From: Rhynchobatus australiae
Lineage: Eukaryota
Assembly (NCBI GenBank): GCA_034780895.1
Contig: JAUZTB010000118.1
Span: forward strand, 69,655,974 to 69,719,973
Direction of reading: 5' to 3'
Length of the DNA stretch: 64,000 nt
Below are positions 50,376 to 63,689 of this stretch, in pieces; position 1 is the stretch's first letter, and each line of letters begins with the position of its first letter. A program made the position numbers and the translations under genes. The notes under the pieces are model-generated. The model was not told the DNA's origin. It saw only the letters and a program-made list of their open reading frames with translations, and searched no databases.

Positions 50376-51266
50376 ATTATGAAATACGAAAAATGAAGTC
50401 CTGTTACTTTACAGGTTAAACAGCAGTCATTTTGACATAGCAATGCCTTAGAAAAGCAATGTTCGATTATTGTGCTTTTAGTGGCATTTAAGACCCCCAC
50501 CTGCACTTTCCAGTTTTGTGATGTTATTTTGATGAAAAACAGGGGATTTCTCCTGCCCAGTGTCACCGAAGTAGGTCTGAAACTTGCATTGCACCATAAC
50601 AGGCATGTGACACACCACCAGCTGTTTCGGTCATGGGCCCAACATTTTCTCGAGTGCTACTGAACCAACATTATACTTCTTTATTTGCATGCAAAGGTCA
50701 ACATTGAAACAAGGATCAGGGTAAGGGTGAACCATCGGAGATTTGAATTAGAGAGTGGTGTGGGGGTGGGGAGGAAGGCGGGTGTTGCATTATCTATTGC
50801 AGCTTTGGGGACTGAGGGATGGTGAGATCAATAATTGGAGATTAAGGGACTGGGGGTGCGGGGAATCAGGCTATTGGATTGTCAGGGCTATTGGACCATC
50901 AAGGGTTTGAGGCACTGACAGTTGGGCCTTGGAACATCAATGGACCTTGGCCACTGGGGGATTGCCATTGGGGAGTCAGGGCCTTGAGGCATTGGAGGGT
51001 CATGGTTATCAGGATTTCAGATGTTATTCAAGATATTGAATGATTGGATGGCAGGAAATTTGGATGTCAAGTGATGACAGAGGTGCTGAGATGGTAGGTA
51101 GAGGAGGTGATTAATACTGTGGTAATGGTGTGCTGGGGAAAGGACAGGATGGCCTAAGGAAAGAACGTAGGTTTGGGACTTAGTGCGTTCCCATTCTGGC
51201 ATTCCACAATGATACTGGGATGACGTGAACCAGTATCCCCTGCAAAGCTCCAAAGGGAGAATTACT

Positions 51267-51562
51267 TAAGATAAGCTGTCTTTATTAGTTACATGTACAT
51301 CAAAACACACAGTGAAATTCATCTTTTGCGTAGAGTGTCCTGGGGACAGCCCGCAAGTGTCGCCACACTTCCGGCGCCAACATAGCATACCCACAACTTC
51401 CTAACCCATACATTTTTGGAATGCGGGAGGAAACCAGGGCACCCAGAGGAAGCCTACTCAAACACAGGGAGAATGTACGAACTCCTTACAGACAGTGGCC
51501 AGAATTGAACCTGGGTCGCTGGCGCTGTAATAGCATTATGCTAACCACTACACTACCGTGCC
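51267..51562 (-). mobile_element. Full-length V-SINE, same subfamily as 14332-14621
   Basis: Colinear high similarity with the 14.3-kb copy across head, V-domain and tail. Confidence 0.88.
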
Positions 51563-51945
51563 TGCTAATATGAACCTAAAGCTGTAATAACTTTGGACAC
51601 ACAAAAAGGTTAGCAAATTGTCAACTGAATTTCTAGAGTGAGGCAAAACAACCCAGAAATCATTCATATCAGTTTTCACTCCATCCAATGTAGATTTTCA
51701 ATCACCTTACATTGAAATATACTGATATGTGATCACATTTTTAGTCCATTATTTATTTATCTCTGTGCAGCTGCTTGTGGGAGCTTGCTGTGCAGAAAGA
51801 GAATATCACATTTCCAACATTTCAACAATCACTGTACATTTAGACAATGTAAGGATATTTATACCTCCATCCTTTCCAGTAAGAGTGGCTGACTTCCTGG
51901 CTGCTCATCATTTCAAGGATTTGTGAAAAAACTTTATTTAATACA

Positions 51946-52050
51946 CAGTCCAGATGAAGCATCTCAACCCTACATGTTGACTGTCCACTTCCTCCACAGG
52001 TGCTGCCCTGCCCGCTGAGTTCCTTCAGCAGCTCATTTATTTGCTCCAAA
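51946..52050 (+). mobile_element. Degenerate PLE terminal repeat
   Basis: CAGTCCAGATGAAG...TGTTGACTG...GCTGCCCTGCCCGCTGAGTTCCT. Confidence 0.65.
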
Positions 52051-52089
52051 TAAATGTATCTGACTGACTGAAAAGTGCTTCGAGACATT

Positions 52090-52330
52090 ATGAAGGGTAC
52101 CACATAAGTGTAAGGGCCTTTATCTTGGATTGAGTGAAGAATATTGTCCAGGTCATCAGGATTCCTTGGTCTTTTCCAATGTACCGTGACCACTTGTAAA
52201 ATCAGAACAGTTGAATGAAGTGTTCGGGTATTGTCATATCTGAAGGACAATTCCACCTGTACTGGGTGAACATTATAGCATTGTTCTTTGGCAATGTCAA
52301 TAACCTCACACCTCATTTGTTAGGCTCACA
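52090..52330 (-). mobile_element. Degenerate LINE fragment, possibly the family at 20985-21640
   Basis: DDLDNI and SIQDK remnants in the minus-strand ORF 51840..52316. Confidence 0.4.
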
Positions 52331-52859
52331 ACCCGACTCAAACATGCAACAGTTTGACAATGCTCAGGATGTCTATACCTCCAACCCTTCCAGTGAGAGT
52401 GGCTGACTTCCTAGCTCCTCATTATTTCCAGGATGTGTGAGAAGCCTGCAACAGTAGGTCAGGTTGTGTCTTGCAGCGTAAGTCATGTTGGATCAAGGTT
52501 GCTGGTGGGAATCAGATTGTTTACTGCTAGTCGGGTCAGATGAAAGGCCAGCAGGGAAAATCAGATTGGGTCAAGGTAGCGTGTTGAACTCAGGTTGGGT
52601 CAAGGTGTTGGTCTGGGTTAGGGCAAGACAGACAGACAGTGCTGGGAAGTGGACTGGCATTGGGCTACCAGCAGGATATGAGTCATTAACGTGACTTGAG
52701 TTTCTCTGGAGTTTTAGACAATAGCTATCTTCGAGCACAATCCACTGGTGAAAGAGTGCAGGAGAAGCAATATGCTCAAAGACCTTAAAGTCAGAGACTG
52801 GGTTGTGTTCCCTGAATTTTGTGGAAATTGTAGGTTGGTGATCTTGCAAAATCCTCCAA

Positions 52860-53165
52860 GTCCACTGTCAGGATAAGTGAAGCAATGTCAGCTAACATTC
52901 GCAGTATTAAGGCTTGAGTCCAGCTCCAACGGGCAGTCCACATCATTTAGATGTCCAACAACAGACTCCCAGAATGCCATACTACCCCGAGCTCTATCAC
53001 AGTAAGAGATTACCAGGAGAACAAAAGAAATGCTTCAAGCATTTTCTGAAAGTATCCCTGAAAAATGTAACATCTTTACAAACTCATGGGAAGCCTTGGC
53101 CCGTGACTGATGAAAATGGAGAAGGAGCAGCAGAATGGCACTGAGAAGCTTAATTCTTTTTTGTC
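52860..53165 (+). mobile_element. RTE-clade LINE 3' fragment
   Basis: QLQRAVHII.MSNNRLP / YPELYHSKRLPGEQKKCFKHFLKVSLK resembles RTE QLRWAGHV.RM...LP..LY.EL..GKR..G.Q.KRFKD.LK. Confidence 0.7.
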
Positions 53166-54594
53166 AGGAGTATACAGTATTAGGAGAAGCCAGGAGGACC
53201 TATCATTTAGTTTGTTGGTCATTAAAAAAAGCTAAAATTTTGACTCATCAATTAAATATTTGCATCTCATTCATATTGGGAGAAATTAAAGAAGAGGTAG
53301 TCTACTTGTTAAAATAAAACAATGACATGGATCAATTAATTGTTCGGTTTGCGCTTGTGCTATGTTTTAGTCACTCGAAGAGAAATTTTTTTAAACCACA
53401 TTAGCAATCCGTGATTTTTTGAGTGGTACGTATGTTTCTTCACCTCAATGTATAATGGCGGAATTATCCATACATTCATCATTAAAGCTCAAAAAAAACC
53501 TGTTATATTTGGCAAAGTTTCCACAAAGCAGTAGCGTTCCAAATGTGTTCACCAAATGTAGTTGATGCATTTTAATTCTGAGAGTGTTTTGATATAGTTC
53601 AGTGTATCTACATTTTTCCCCATCCCCCTCTTTGAACTGACTAAGCTGCTTAGGCCAAGGCTAGATTGATAAGCACAATGATAAAGTTTTAGCATGCTTT
53701 AGCCTGAGCTGGCAGATTGCCTAGAGAGCAGATCGTGTAGATTCTTGTCCCTGTGAGCAGTCTGGCTTCAGCATAATGGGCATCATTGAAATCACCAACA
53801 CGTACTGTAGGCAAGGTCAGAGTGCCTTTCAGTGCTGCAACAATAAACCAGTACAGCTCTTTAGACCCCATGTAGGAGAAAATGAGGGAGGGGATTGGTC
53901 AAAAGAGCAATTGGATATTTATCCTATTTTTTTTCTCAAAACAATTAGGAAAGAAAATAGAGGGAGAAACCTGAATAAGATGCATTAGAGTAGATTCTAC
54001 ATACTTCATAACAAACAGCTTCCTTCTGCATGTATTTTCTGGACATGGAGAGATGTGAATTTAGAATTCTAACATTATGTATCATTGCCCGGTGTATCTA
54101 GAAAATTCAGAAATGACAGTTCCAGAAGTCACCAATGACAATTTCCTGTAGGTGTATTTTCATTTCTGGGGAAAAAAAACAACCTACGGAACTTCTATTA
54201 AATATTTCTATATAGTAAATACCCTCCACACCCAAAATGTAATTGGCATTTTAATCTTAATATGATAAATCTCTGATAAGGAGAGACACTTTGCATATAT
54301 GAAGGTTGCCTGTACTTCAGTTATATTTGGTAATTTTTACCTATAACATCAGAATCACACTTTTCACTGAATCAATAAAATAATAATAAATTACAAATAA
54401 GAATAACAGATGCCTGTCAGTTAGATAATTACAAGACTGAATGTTTCCAGTGGAATCATAACCATTAGAATGGGCCTTAACCAGAATGTTAGTAGTATTC
54501 AAAAGCTGAGTGACTTTCTTATTCATTATTACTTATTGTAATGATGACACCAGGGAAAAAACAACATAACTGAGTGTACCTGAGTCAGCACTCT

Positions 54595-55057
54595 GGAACT
54601 GGAATTGGAATTGGTTTATTATTGTCACTTGTACCAAGGTACAGTGAAAAACTTGTCTAGCATACCGTTCATACAGATCAATTCATTACACAGTGCATTG
54701 AGGTAGTACAAGGTAAAAACAATACAGAATGAGGAATAAAGTGTCACAGCTACAGAGAAAGTGCAGTGCAGGTGGACAAAAAGGTGCAAGGTCATAACGA
54801 GGTAGATTGTGAGGTCAAGAGTCCATTTTACCATAATAGAGAACCATTCAATAGTCTTATAACAGCAGGATAGAAGCTGTCCTTGAGCCTGGTGGTACGT
54901 GCTTTCTGGCTATTGTATCTTCTGCCTGGTGGGAGAGGGGAGGAGAGAGAATGTCCGGGGTGGGTGGGGTCTTTGATTCTGCTGGCTGCCTTGCCGAGAC
55001 AGTGAGAAGTATAGACAAAGTCAATGTAGGGGAGGCTGGTTTCTGTGATGTGCTGAG
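54595..55057 (-). mobile_element. Rex-Babar LINE 3' end
   Basis: Same family as 35276-35945; tail TTTTCACTGTACCTTGGTACAAGTGACAATAATAAACC(AATTCC)n. Confidence 0.85.
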
Positions 55058-55774
55058 NNNNNNNNNNNNNNNNNNNNNNNNNNNNNNNNNNNNNNNNNNN
55101 NNNNNNNNNNNNNNNNNNNNNNNNNNNNNNNNNNNNNNNNNNNNNNNNNNNNNNNNNNNNNNNNNNNNNNNNNNNNNNNNNNNNNNNNNNNNNNNNNNNN
55201 NNNNNNNNNNNNNNNNNNNNNNNNNNNNNNNNNNNNNNNNNNNNNNNNNNNNNNNNNNNNNNNNNNNNNNNNNNNNNNNNNNNNNNNNNNNNNNNNNNNN
55301 NNNNNNNNNNNNNNNNNNNNNNNNNNNNNNNNNNNNNNNNNNNNNNNNNNNNNNNNNNNNNNNNNNNNNNNNNNNNNNNNNNNNNNNNNNNNNNNNNNNN
55401 NNNNNNNNNNNNNNNNNNNNNNNNNNNNNNNNNNNNNNNNNNNNNNNNNNNNNNNNNNNNNNNNNNNNNNNNNNNNNNNNNNNNNNNNNNNNNNNNNNNN
55501 NNNNNNNNNNNNNNNNNNNNNNNNNNNNNNNNNNNNNNNNNNNNNNNNNNNNNNNNNNNNNNNNNNNNNNNNNNNNNNNNNNNNNNNNNNNNNNNNNNNN
55601 NNNNNNNNNNNNNNNNNNNNNNNNNNNNNNNNNNNNNNNNNNNNNNNNNNNNNNNNNNNNNNNNNNNNNNNNNNNNNNNNNNNNNNNNNNNNNNNNNNNN
55701 NNNNNNNNNNNNNNNNNNNNNNNNNNNNNNNNNNNNNNNNNNNNNNNNNNNNNNNNNNNNNNNNNNNNNNNNNN

Positions 55775-56105
55775 ACTGACATATGACATGAAATTTGTTG
55801 TTTTGTGGCAGCAGTACAGTGCAAAGACATAAAAATCTATAAATTACAAAATAAATAAATAGTGCAAAAAAAGAGGAATATCAAAGTAGTGTTCATGGGT
55901 TCATGGACCGTTCTGAAATCTAACGGCAGAGGGAAGAAGCTGTCCCTGAATCATTGAGGTTGGGTCTTCAGGCTCCTCTGTACCTCCTCCTGATGGTAAT
56001 GAGAAGCGGGCATGTCCCCGATGGTGTGGGTCCTTAATGATGGATACTGCCCCTTGAAGATGTCCTCAATGGTGGGGAGGGTCGTACCGTGGTGGAGCTG
56101 GCTGT
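55775..56105 (-). mobile_element. Rex-Babar LINE 3' end
   Basis: GTTLPTIEDIFK...; 3' UTR matches 38120-38410. Confidence 0.8.
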
Positions 56106-56214
56106 GTATATAACCCTTGGCAGTCTCTCCCACACCCTTCTTCCCCATTCCCCAGGCTGAAATATTGTACTACAGTCATCCTGCAGTTGACCAGGACTGG
56201 GTTCCTGTTAATCA

Positions 56215-56345
56215 AAATAAAACTGCAGATGCTGGAAATCTGAATTAAGAACAGAAACTGCTGGAACCACTCAGCAGTTCAGGGAGCATCTGTGAAAATT
56301 AACATTTCAAATCAGAGCCCTTTGATCAGAACTGGAAAAGGGAGA
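56215..56345 (-). mobile_element. Older PLE 3' end (may extend to ~56640)
   Basis: CTGCAGATGCTGGAAATCTGA...TGCTGGAACCACTCAGCAGTTCAGGGAGCATCTGTG...ATCAGAACTGG. Confidence 0.65.
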
Positions 56346-56721
56346 AAACGAGTTAGTTTTAAATTACAGAGAGTCTTGGGGAGGGGTGGATTGTATTAAA
56401 GAATTATCTCTGATAGGGTGTGGCCACGGTTGCTGTGGTGATAAACTGTTAATGAAATCATCTCAAGCAACACACTTTGTGTCTCCATAATGAAATCATC
56501 TGATTGATAGGGTAATGAGAAAAGTTAAAGAGACAATGTAAACGAAGGAACATGTAAAAGCTGTGAAATGCAAAGCTATAGGAAATGCCCAGTAGGTTAG
56601 GGTGTGCCAGTGGAAGTGAGAAACTGATCCAATGTTACAGATGGATCAGGAAATGCTTTTGGTTCATGGCTGATTTAAGGTGTGCAGAATGAGGAATCCC
56701 AGCAAGCCATATATTCTCTCT

Positions 56722-56860
56722 GGAGACACAGGAGACTGCAGGTGCTGGAATCTGGAGTTGATACAGGGGTTTCAACCCAACATTGACTATTCCTTCCCCC
56801 CCCTCCTCCAACAGATGCTGCTTGACCCGCTGAGTTCCTCCTGCAGATTGCTTGTTGCAC
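56722..56860. mobile_element. PLE mini-element: inverted 3' end joined to a plus-strand terminal repeat
   Basis: GGAGACACAGGAGACTGCAGGTGCTGGAATCTGGAG (reverse complement of the PLE end) followed by ...GATGCTGCTTGACCCGCTGAGTTCCTCC. Confidence 0.65.
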
Positions 56861-57029
56861 ATATTGTCACTGCCTGCTTGACTCTGGCAAGAGAGAACAA
56901 ATGTATCTGTCTTTCTCTGTGAATAGAGATTCTCAGTGCTTCCTTGTGCAACATGAAGGTGTAATAGACATCTCCAGTTCCAACCTGGAAGTTGCCAAAG
57001 GCATAAAATAATATTGCCGCTGTTGCTGC

Positions 57030-57750
57030 AAACGAAAGCTTTTCACTGTATCTTGATACATCCCTTCGGGTTCTCGATGCACTCTGTACTAACTCAGTGT
57101 ATCTGCACTGTGTAATGAATTGATCTGTATGAATGGTATGCAAGACAGGTTTNNNNNNNNNNNNNNNNNNNNNNNNNNNNNNNNNNNNNNNNNNNNNNNN
57201 NNNNNNNNNNNNNNNNNNNNNNNNNNNNNNNNNNNNNNNNNNNNNNNNNNNNNNNNNNNNNNNNNNNNNNNNNNNNNNNNNNNNNNNNNNNNNNNNNNNN
57301 NNNNNNNNNNNNNNNNNNNNNNNNNNNNNNNNNNNNNNNNNNNNNNNNNNNNNNNNNNNNNNNNNNNNNNNNNNNNNNNNNNNNNNNNNNNNNNNNNNNN
57401 NNNNNNNNNNNNNNNNNNNNNNNNNNNNNNNNNNNNNNNNNNNNNNNNNNNNNNNNNNNNNNNNNNNNNNNNNNNNNNNNNNNNNNNNNNNNNNNNNNNN
57501 GAGGTTGTGATTAGGGTTGTGCACATTGATTCAATAACCAAATAGTTAAAGAGAAGTAGCTGTTCTTGAACCTGGTGGCGTGGGACTTCAGGCTTCTGTA
57601 CCTCCGATGGTGGCTGCGAGAAGATGGCATGGCCTGGATGGAAGGATCTTTGAGGATAGATGTTGCCTTAGTGAAGCAGCACCTTATGTAGATCCTACCG
57701 GTGGTGGGGAGGGATTTACCAGTGATGTATTCGGCTGAATCCACTACATG
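57030..57750. mobile_element. Rex-Babar fragments either side of a gap (plus-strand tail pieces 57030-57152; minus-strand ORF end 57501-57750)
   Basis: VVDSAEYITGKSLPT...RRYRSLKSHATRFKNSYF on minus; TGTGTAATGAATTGATCTGTATGAATGGTATGCAAGAC tail on plus. Confidence 0.75.
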
Positions 57751-60700
57751 GTCCTTGCTCAGCTCTGAGGCTGGGAATTGTGGCTGCAGTTTGATAGATT
57801 TCATGAGGACGTCTTCAGTGCGGTATGGATGATGAATCAATGAAGTTGGCAAGGTCAAGGCAGGCATCTTTACTCTTTGTGTTGTATTCTCTTACCATTT
57901 GTTGCAGACCGAGCTTGGCAACTTCAGAACTCAGTCAGCTTAGTCAGGAGTTTTACTGAGCAACTCTGAAGATGGATATTGAAATTTCCATTCTGGGAGG
58001 GATATTCAATTCTCCTGCCCTGGGCCCGACCACAGAACTTTACAGAGTAGTGGATAATATAAAGGATTAATGATTCATCAGCAGAGGGATGGTGGTGAAT
58101 AGTAGTGAGCAGAAAGATTACTTGTAATGTTCGATATGAAAACATCAGGTCCAGACTTAATACTAAGTGGCTCTAAGAGACGTGCCCTTCCAATATATAT
58201 TTGGGTTGTCACTGTTGTTGGGTCCATGAAATAGGTAGGACAGAATATCCACAGTAATGATAATTAAGGAGATATGATTCTGTGAATATGGTAATGGCAT
58301 GGTGTCAATTTATTGGTTGTGGGACAGCTCTCCCAACTTTGCACAAGTGCCCAGATTTTGATAAGAAAGTGTTTGCAATGTTGACTGTGCTGGAGTGTCT
58401 TTGTTGTATCTTACGACAAGGTCAATGATGGATGATGTATCCAGTGTTCTTCATTTTCAGTTTTGCAGCAGTCTTGATGCAACTGAGTGACTTGCTTGGC
58501 TGAGGAAAGTTGGGAGGCAACCCTGCTGGTCTGAGCCTGTGGTTACATTAAGGCAAAACTATGAAAAGATGATAGATTTCTCCCCTTAAAGAACTTTGGT
58601 GGACCAGATGGTTAAGATTGTTTAAGATTATGTTATTTTCAGAATAGAAACTTCCAAGACATGGTGGTCATTAGTCCTTTTTTGTGGATTACTAGTCCAG
58701 CAATAAAACCACCAGGCCACCATGCTCANNNNNNNNNNNNNNNNNNNNNNNNNCATAGGGTAGGTCATAATTGGTTTATATATTTCCTATAAGTCGTATA
58801 TCAATTTAGACAAATATAACCAGTGACATTGATTTTTATTTGGAATCTGGGATTAAGTGGCAAAGTCTCCCTCCCACTGCAGTTCTTCATCTTGAACAGA
58901 CATTTCAACACTTTTTACTTCACATCCAACATCATTATAACCAAGTGACAGAGCATGGTGCAAGTTGTTTCCATCTTGAAAATCCTTACTGGATTACAGA
59001 GATAATTTCCATCTCACTTATTAATAGATTGCAAATTTAACTTTAAAATTCCAGTGATGCTGATGGTTCTCCTGATCTCACTAAACAGGTTTTCAACCTT
59101 CATTCTTTGACCAGTGATTTGTATCCCTGGTATTCTATCAGCTGCCTTATCATGTAGTTTTGGCTGAGCAATATGACACTGCATGGCCTGTCTATAAATA
59201 TATCCCTTGGAAAAGGCATTGACATACATAATGAAGTGACTTCCAACACTCACTACCTGGACGTTCAGAGATTGAATTAATTTCTAGCTATTTAAGTTGA
59301 AAGGGCTTTCAGATGGGGCCTTTATAGGACATGGATGACATCAGTGAGACTAATGTGAATCTTATGGCTCTGAAGAAGTGCTTTGGTAGGTTCTTGCCCT
59401 GAATTTTGTGACCCCCCCCCCCCGAGCCTTACAAATCTGTAAGTTTCTCTGTATTCTTGCAAGTCTCACCCCTAGTTGAGTGCTGATTTTTATCTTGTCA
59501 TCGTTTGCCTCTGTGCCTTTAGCTGCCTTGACTTAAACTCTAGAATTCCCTTCCTAATCCTCTCTGTCTTACTGCTTCACTCTCCTTTTCAAAAATTGTC
59601 TTTAACATCTCTTTGACAAAGCTTTTGGTCTTTTATATTGCCTTGCTTCAGGTTTTGTTTGATGCTTTCCTGTCCAGTTCCCTGAAGCCATTGTATTGAT
59701 GCAAGATTAATTTGGCGCTAAAATTTGTTGCATGGAAACAGTTAACCCAAGTTTATTCATTCATGATTGTTTGATGTACGTCATGACCAATTTATTTTAT
59801 TTTGTATCTGACAAAATGCTGTCAACAAACTTAGCTACAAAACCAAACCAATCCAATTCCATGTTAATCACTTTAACATATTAATATAAACTATTCCAGC
59901 TCAGTGCTTGTATGTTTATAAAGTATGTAACTGTGGGATTTCTGTTGTTAACAGAGATTATAATATTTTCCTTATGAATCCTGAACTTTCTAAAAGAAAT
60001 CAGGGGTATGAAGTCAGCGACCTTGAACTCAAAGGGAATGTGATATATTCCAAGGCAACGTGAATCAAAAAATCTTTCCTCATTTTAAGTATAAAGCTCT
60101 AGTGCACATGAGTAATGTGTTTGAACCCATGTGGACATATGCCCCAGATTTGTTGGAAAATGATTGGGAAAGGGCACTCAGGAAAATTGATTTTTTTGAC
60201 AAAACAGCCAGAGTGGAAGAGGTATGTGTTTAATTTAAGTATTGCCTGAGACGGAAATGCTTGCATTGCTCTTTGGTATAGGACCCAGGTGAAAAGGCTC
60301 CATTCACACATAGTCTTATGCTAAAATCTGTTTAAAATATGAGTGGGAAATTGCCTTATGTGGACATTCAGTTCTTTTAAGACTGCAAATTCATCAAATA
60401 GCAATCTGTCAGCCTGATTCTGTTTTCCACAAAAGTTAACGTCTGCCACTTTAAATCATTGCAACATGATAGGCCTCAGTCAGTGGTCGCTGGAGTAATG
60501 TTCACCTAATGAAAAACTGCAACACATGTTCACCAGGATTCTTCCAGATTCTATAGAGACAGCAAGAGGGATTTTCATTTTCTGTCCCCAAGTTTACCAG
60601 CATCACTCATACCTTACTGGGTCATAGGTTGTTTGGCTGCAGGACAAAGTCGATTATAGTTGGTGATAATCTTTTGAAAGACCATAATTTATCTTTGTTT

Positions 60701-61199
60701 GAAAGGTGTTCTTTCTCCCTGGGCTATTGGTGAGAGCAGGATTAACAAATATTCAATGGTGAATTCATAAAAGCTTTTGTCAGATCATATTTCCATAAAT
60801 CCTTTAAAGGTGTTGTCAAAAGTAGATGGAGTGAAAAGTGTCAAATTCACACAAAAGCTCCCTTGGGGCTCAAGGTATTTTGCAAAGATAAAGCTTAAAA
60901 TTCACACTCTACCCCTATGGGTGAGAAATTGGTCTTGGCAGTGCCTCAGCTTTAGCCATTGTAAGTGTCTCTACAGTTCAAGACTAAGTCCCCGGCATGC
61001 TTGCAGATCTCTGACATGAAACTCATTAGGTGCCATCTTAATAAAGATATGTACAGTTGAAGGAAGTATGCAATACAGACAGATCATAATGTCAATCACC
61101 ATGTAACTCTGCATCTGACTATTCTGGCATTCTTTTCTCTTTTCACTGCCCTCGCTCACTTTACTCTATTTACACTCTCTCAGCTATGATTAACAAGTA

Positions 61200-61435
61200 T
61201 ACATCACCCTCTCTTTTACAGCACCGATAGCAATGTCACTTGGACAATCTTAGTCTCCACCTATAATGGATGTTCCCTGTGGTCTCTCTACTTCTCCTCT
61301 CTCCATAAGCTTCAAACACACTTGTCTTCTACTTTCTTAGTTCCAGTGAAAGATTGTTGACCTGTAACTTTAAATCTATTTCTCCCTTCACTGATGCTGC
61401 CTGACCTGTGGAATACTTTCAGCATTTCCTGTACT
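61200..61435 (+). mobile_element. Old PLE 3' end
   Basis: ...TTGACCTGTAACTTTAAATCTATTTCTCCCTTCACTGATGCTGCCTGACCTG preceded by a pyrimidine-rich tract. Confidence 0.55.
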
Positions 61436-63689
61436 TGTCGCAAATAATTCTGATATGAATGAATGAATAAATATCAGGTGTCTACAGGTTAGCTAAGTTT
61501 ACCTCACTTCCTACCCAAGGACTCTAGATTTGGTCAAAGAACAGGTCAGAAATTGAGAATTAGTCCTTCAGAGTCATCATGGCTTAAAATCATACCAAAA
61601 GACATACTTGCCCACCTCAGCATTGGAAAAGCATTGCAATCGGGGATAAGCTTATGACTGCTTTAATATTTACGCTTTCCATCAGAAACTATTGGAAACT
61701 CCAACAAAAAATTGACAAATTGATAGCAAAAATGCTTAGAAAAGAGGAAAAAATATAGACACCTCTCAGTTGTTGGAAAGAAATCCTTGCAACTGTGGCT
61801 ATTTTCCCCACATAATTAACGGAAGTAGCAAATGAAGGTTTTAACTTGGGTTGGAGTGTTTTTAAAAATAAATGCCTATCTCCATAATACTATGTGATAT
61901 AGTCCTTTGAAAATTCAAAGTGAATGAGCAGAATCCTTTCTATCAACTTATTTGTTCTTAATATATTTTAAGTGATCTAGTACTTCTTTAAATGTCAGAA
62001 TACCTCATGAATAATTTAGTTTAGACCCAGAAAATTGATGGGATCTACAACTAAATATTACTGTATTGACAGCAGTGCCACAAATAGTACAAATATGTTG
62101 AGTAAAATTTAAAAGATTCTTCAAAACAGTTTTTCAAAAATCCAAGTAACCTTATTAATGCTCCATTTTCATGATAGTTCTACATTTATATCCTCTCTCC
62201 CTTATATTATTTTCTAAACTCCAAAGACGCTATGACCATACTTAATAAATTTATTGCTTTTCCAGTCTTTGATTCTTTAATTTATCATTTTCTTTTTACT
62301 CCTGATTTCTATTCCCCTTCCTGTTGCATAAAACTAACGATCTGATGGAGATTCCTTCTGGAAAGCCTTAATCTGAGACCGACAGGCAAAAGACTAGGAT
62401 GTGTAAAAGCCAGTTCATGAACACATCTGTGGGTTGACCTACAAACTCCCCGAATCACAGACCAGGAGACTAGACATCCAACAAGTGCTGTTTACAATTT
62501 TACCATGCTGCTGAAAACCAGGGGGGTCTCAGACCATTTAACACATGTGAATACACAGACATATAGTGCAGCTGGGGGAAGGGAACAAATCTCTTCTACT
62601 AGACCAGACGAGAGTGTGCAAAAGGCATATTTCCTTTTTTTTTGCTGTCATTATTTATTGCATGGCAGGAACTGTATTCAGCTGCTTTCTGAAAGGGTCT
62701 AACATTCAGATGAAAGGCAGCAAAAGCTAATGAAAAAGACATTTAAAAAAATAATAAAATATGTTTGACCTCTTCAGCCATCAGTCCTACACTGCATAAA
62801 ATAGACTGGGATGGCAAAGCATGAAATGAATAGCAGTTTGTAGCAAGTTGCAGCTGAAAAAATACCAGGCTTAGTACTTTCAGTATTGTGAGTGGTTTAG
62901 AGTCGGAAAGTGTGACAGGGAAATGCTGTACTGTTCCCTTTCTCTAAATTCTCACTCTGAAAGGAGCTGGTCAACTNNNNNNNNNNNNNNNNNNNNNNNN
63001 NNNNNNNNNNNNNNNNNNNNNNNNNNNNNNNNNNCACTTTTGTTTCTGAAAGACCTTCTCAGTGGAAGGCTATGTCACGGCCCGATTTGTTAATTTACCA
63101 ACAGTGTTGTCAACCCAAACTCTCACAGGCACACAGAAAGAAACAGTCTGTGTGACTGCTTGTAATATTAGATGTTTGGCTGCACTGAAAATAATAAAAA
63201 AATACCTTTGCTTTTTCACACTCCTCCTTTCAGATTCCTTGTGAAAAGCCCTAGGCAATTTGAGGCTTTTTCTGTTTTTATTTTGAGTGACTGAAAAGGT
63301 CAGTGTAGGTTAAAGCTTTTCAAAAAAGTAAATCATTTCATTGGGCAATACAAACTCTGAAAATGACTGCTTAGTTTGTCCTGAAAGACATAATGAGAAC
63401 AAATTGCAAGTCTCCATGCAAGTGTAGGCATTTTATCTCATAGGTTAAAATCTTGAATACTAAGAGAAAACTGTAGCCTTTTATTTTGAACTAACTGCGT
63501 TATAAAGTGAATTTAATTGTATGGATTGAAAGTTGAGTTTATCTGTAACCAAGTTCCAAAGTAAATGCAAATAAATCATATGTATAATATATATGCCTGC
63601 CTGTGTGCACGTATATGTTCTTTCTGTTACTATTCAGTTGATTCATTGGAATGTACATTCCATTAAAATTTATTTGCTTTTAGAGACTT

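Larger units (their letters stand above)
51843..52440 (+). repeat. ~84-bp imperfect direct repeat pair (51843-51926 and 52356-52440)
   Basis: GACAATG..AGGAT...TATACCTCCA.CC.TTCCAGT.AGAGTGGCTGACTTCCT.GCT.CTCAT.ATTTC.AGGAT.TGTGA occurs twice. Confidence 0.85.

Noticed and set aside
54857-57545. Long ORFs of 245-310 aa
   Set aside because: Artefacts of translating through N gaps.
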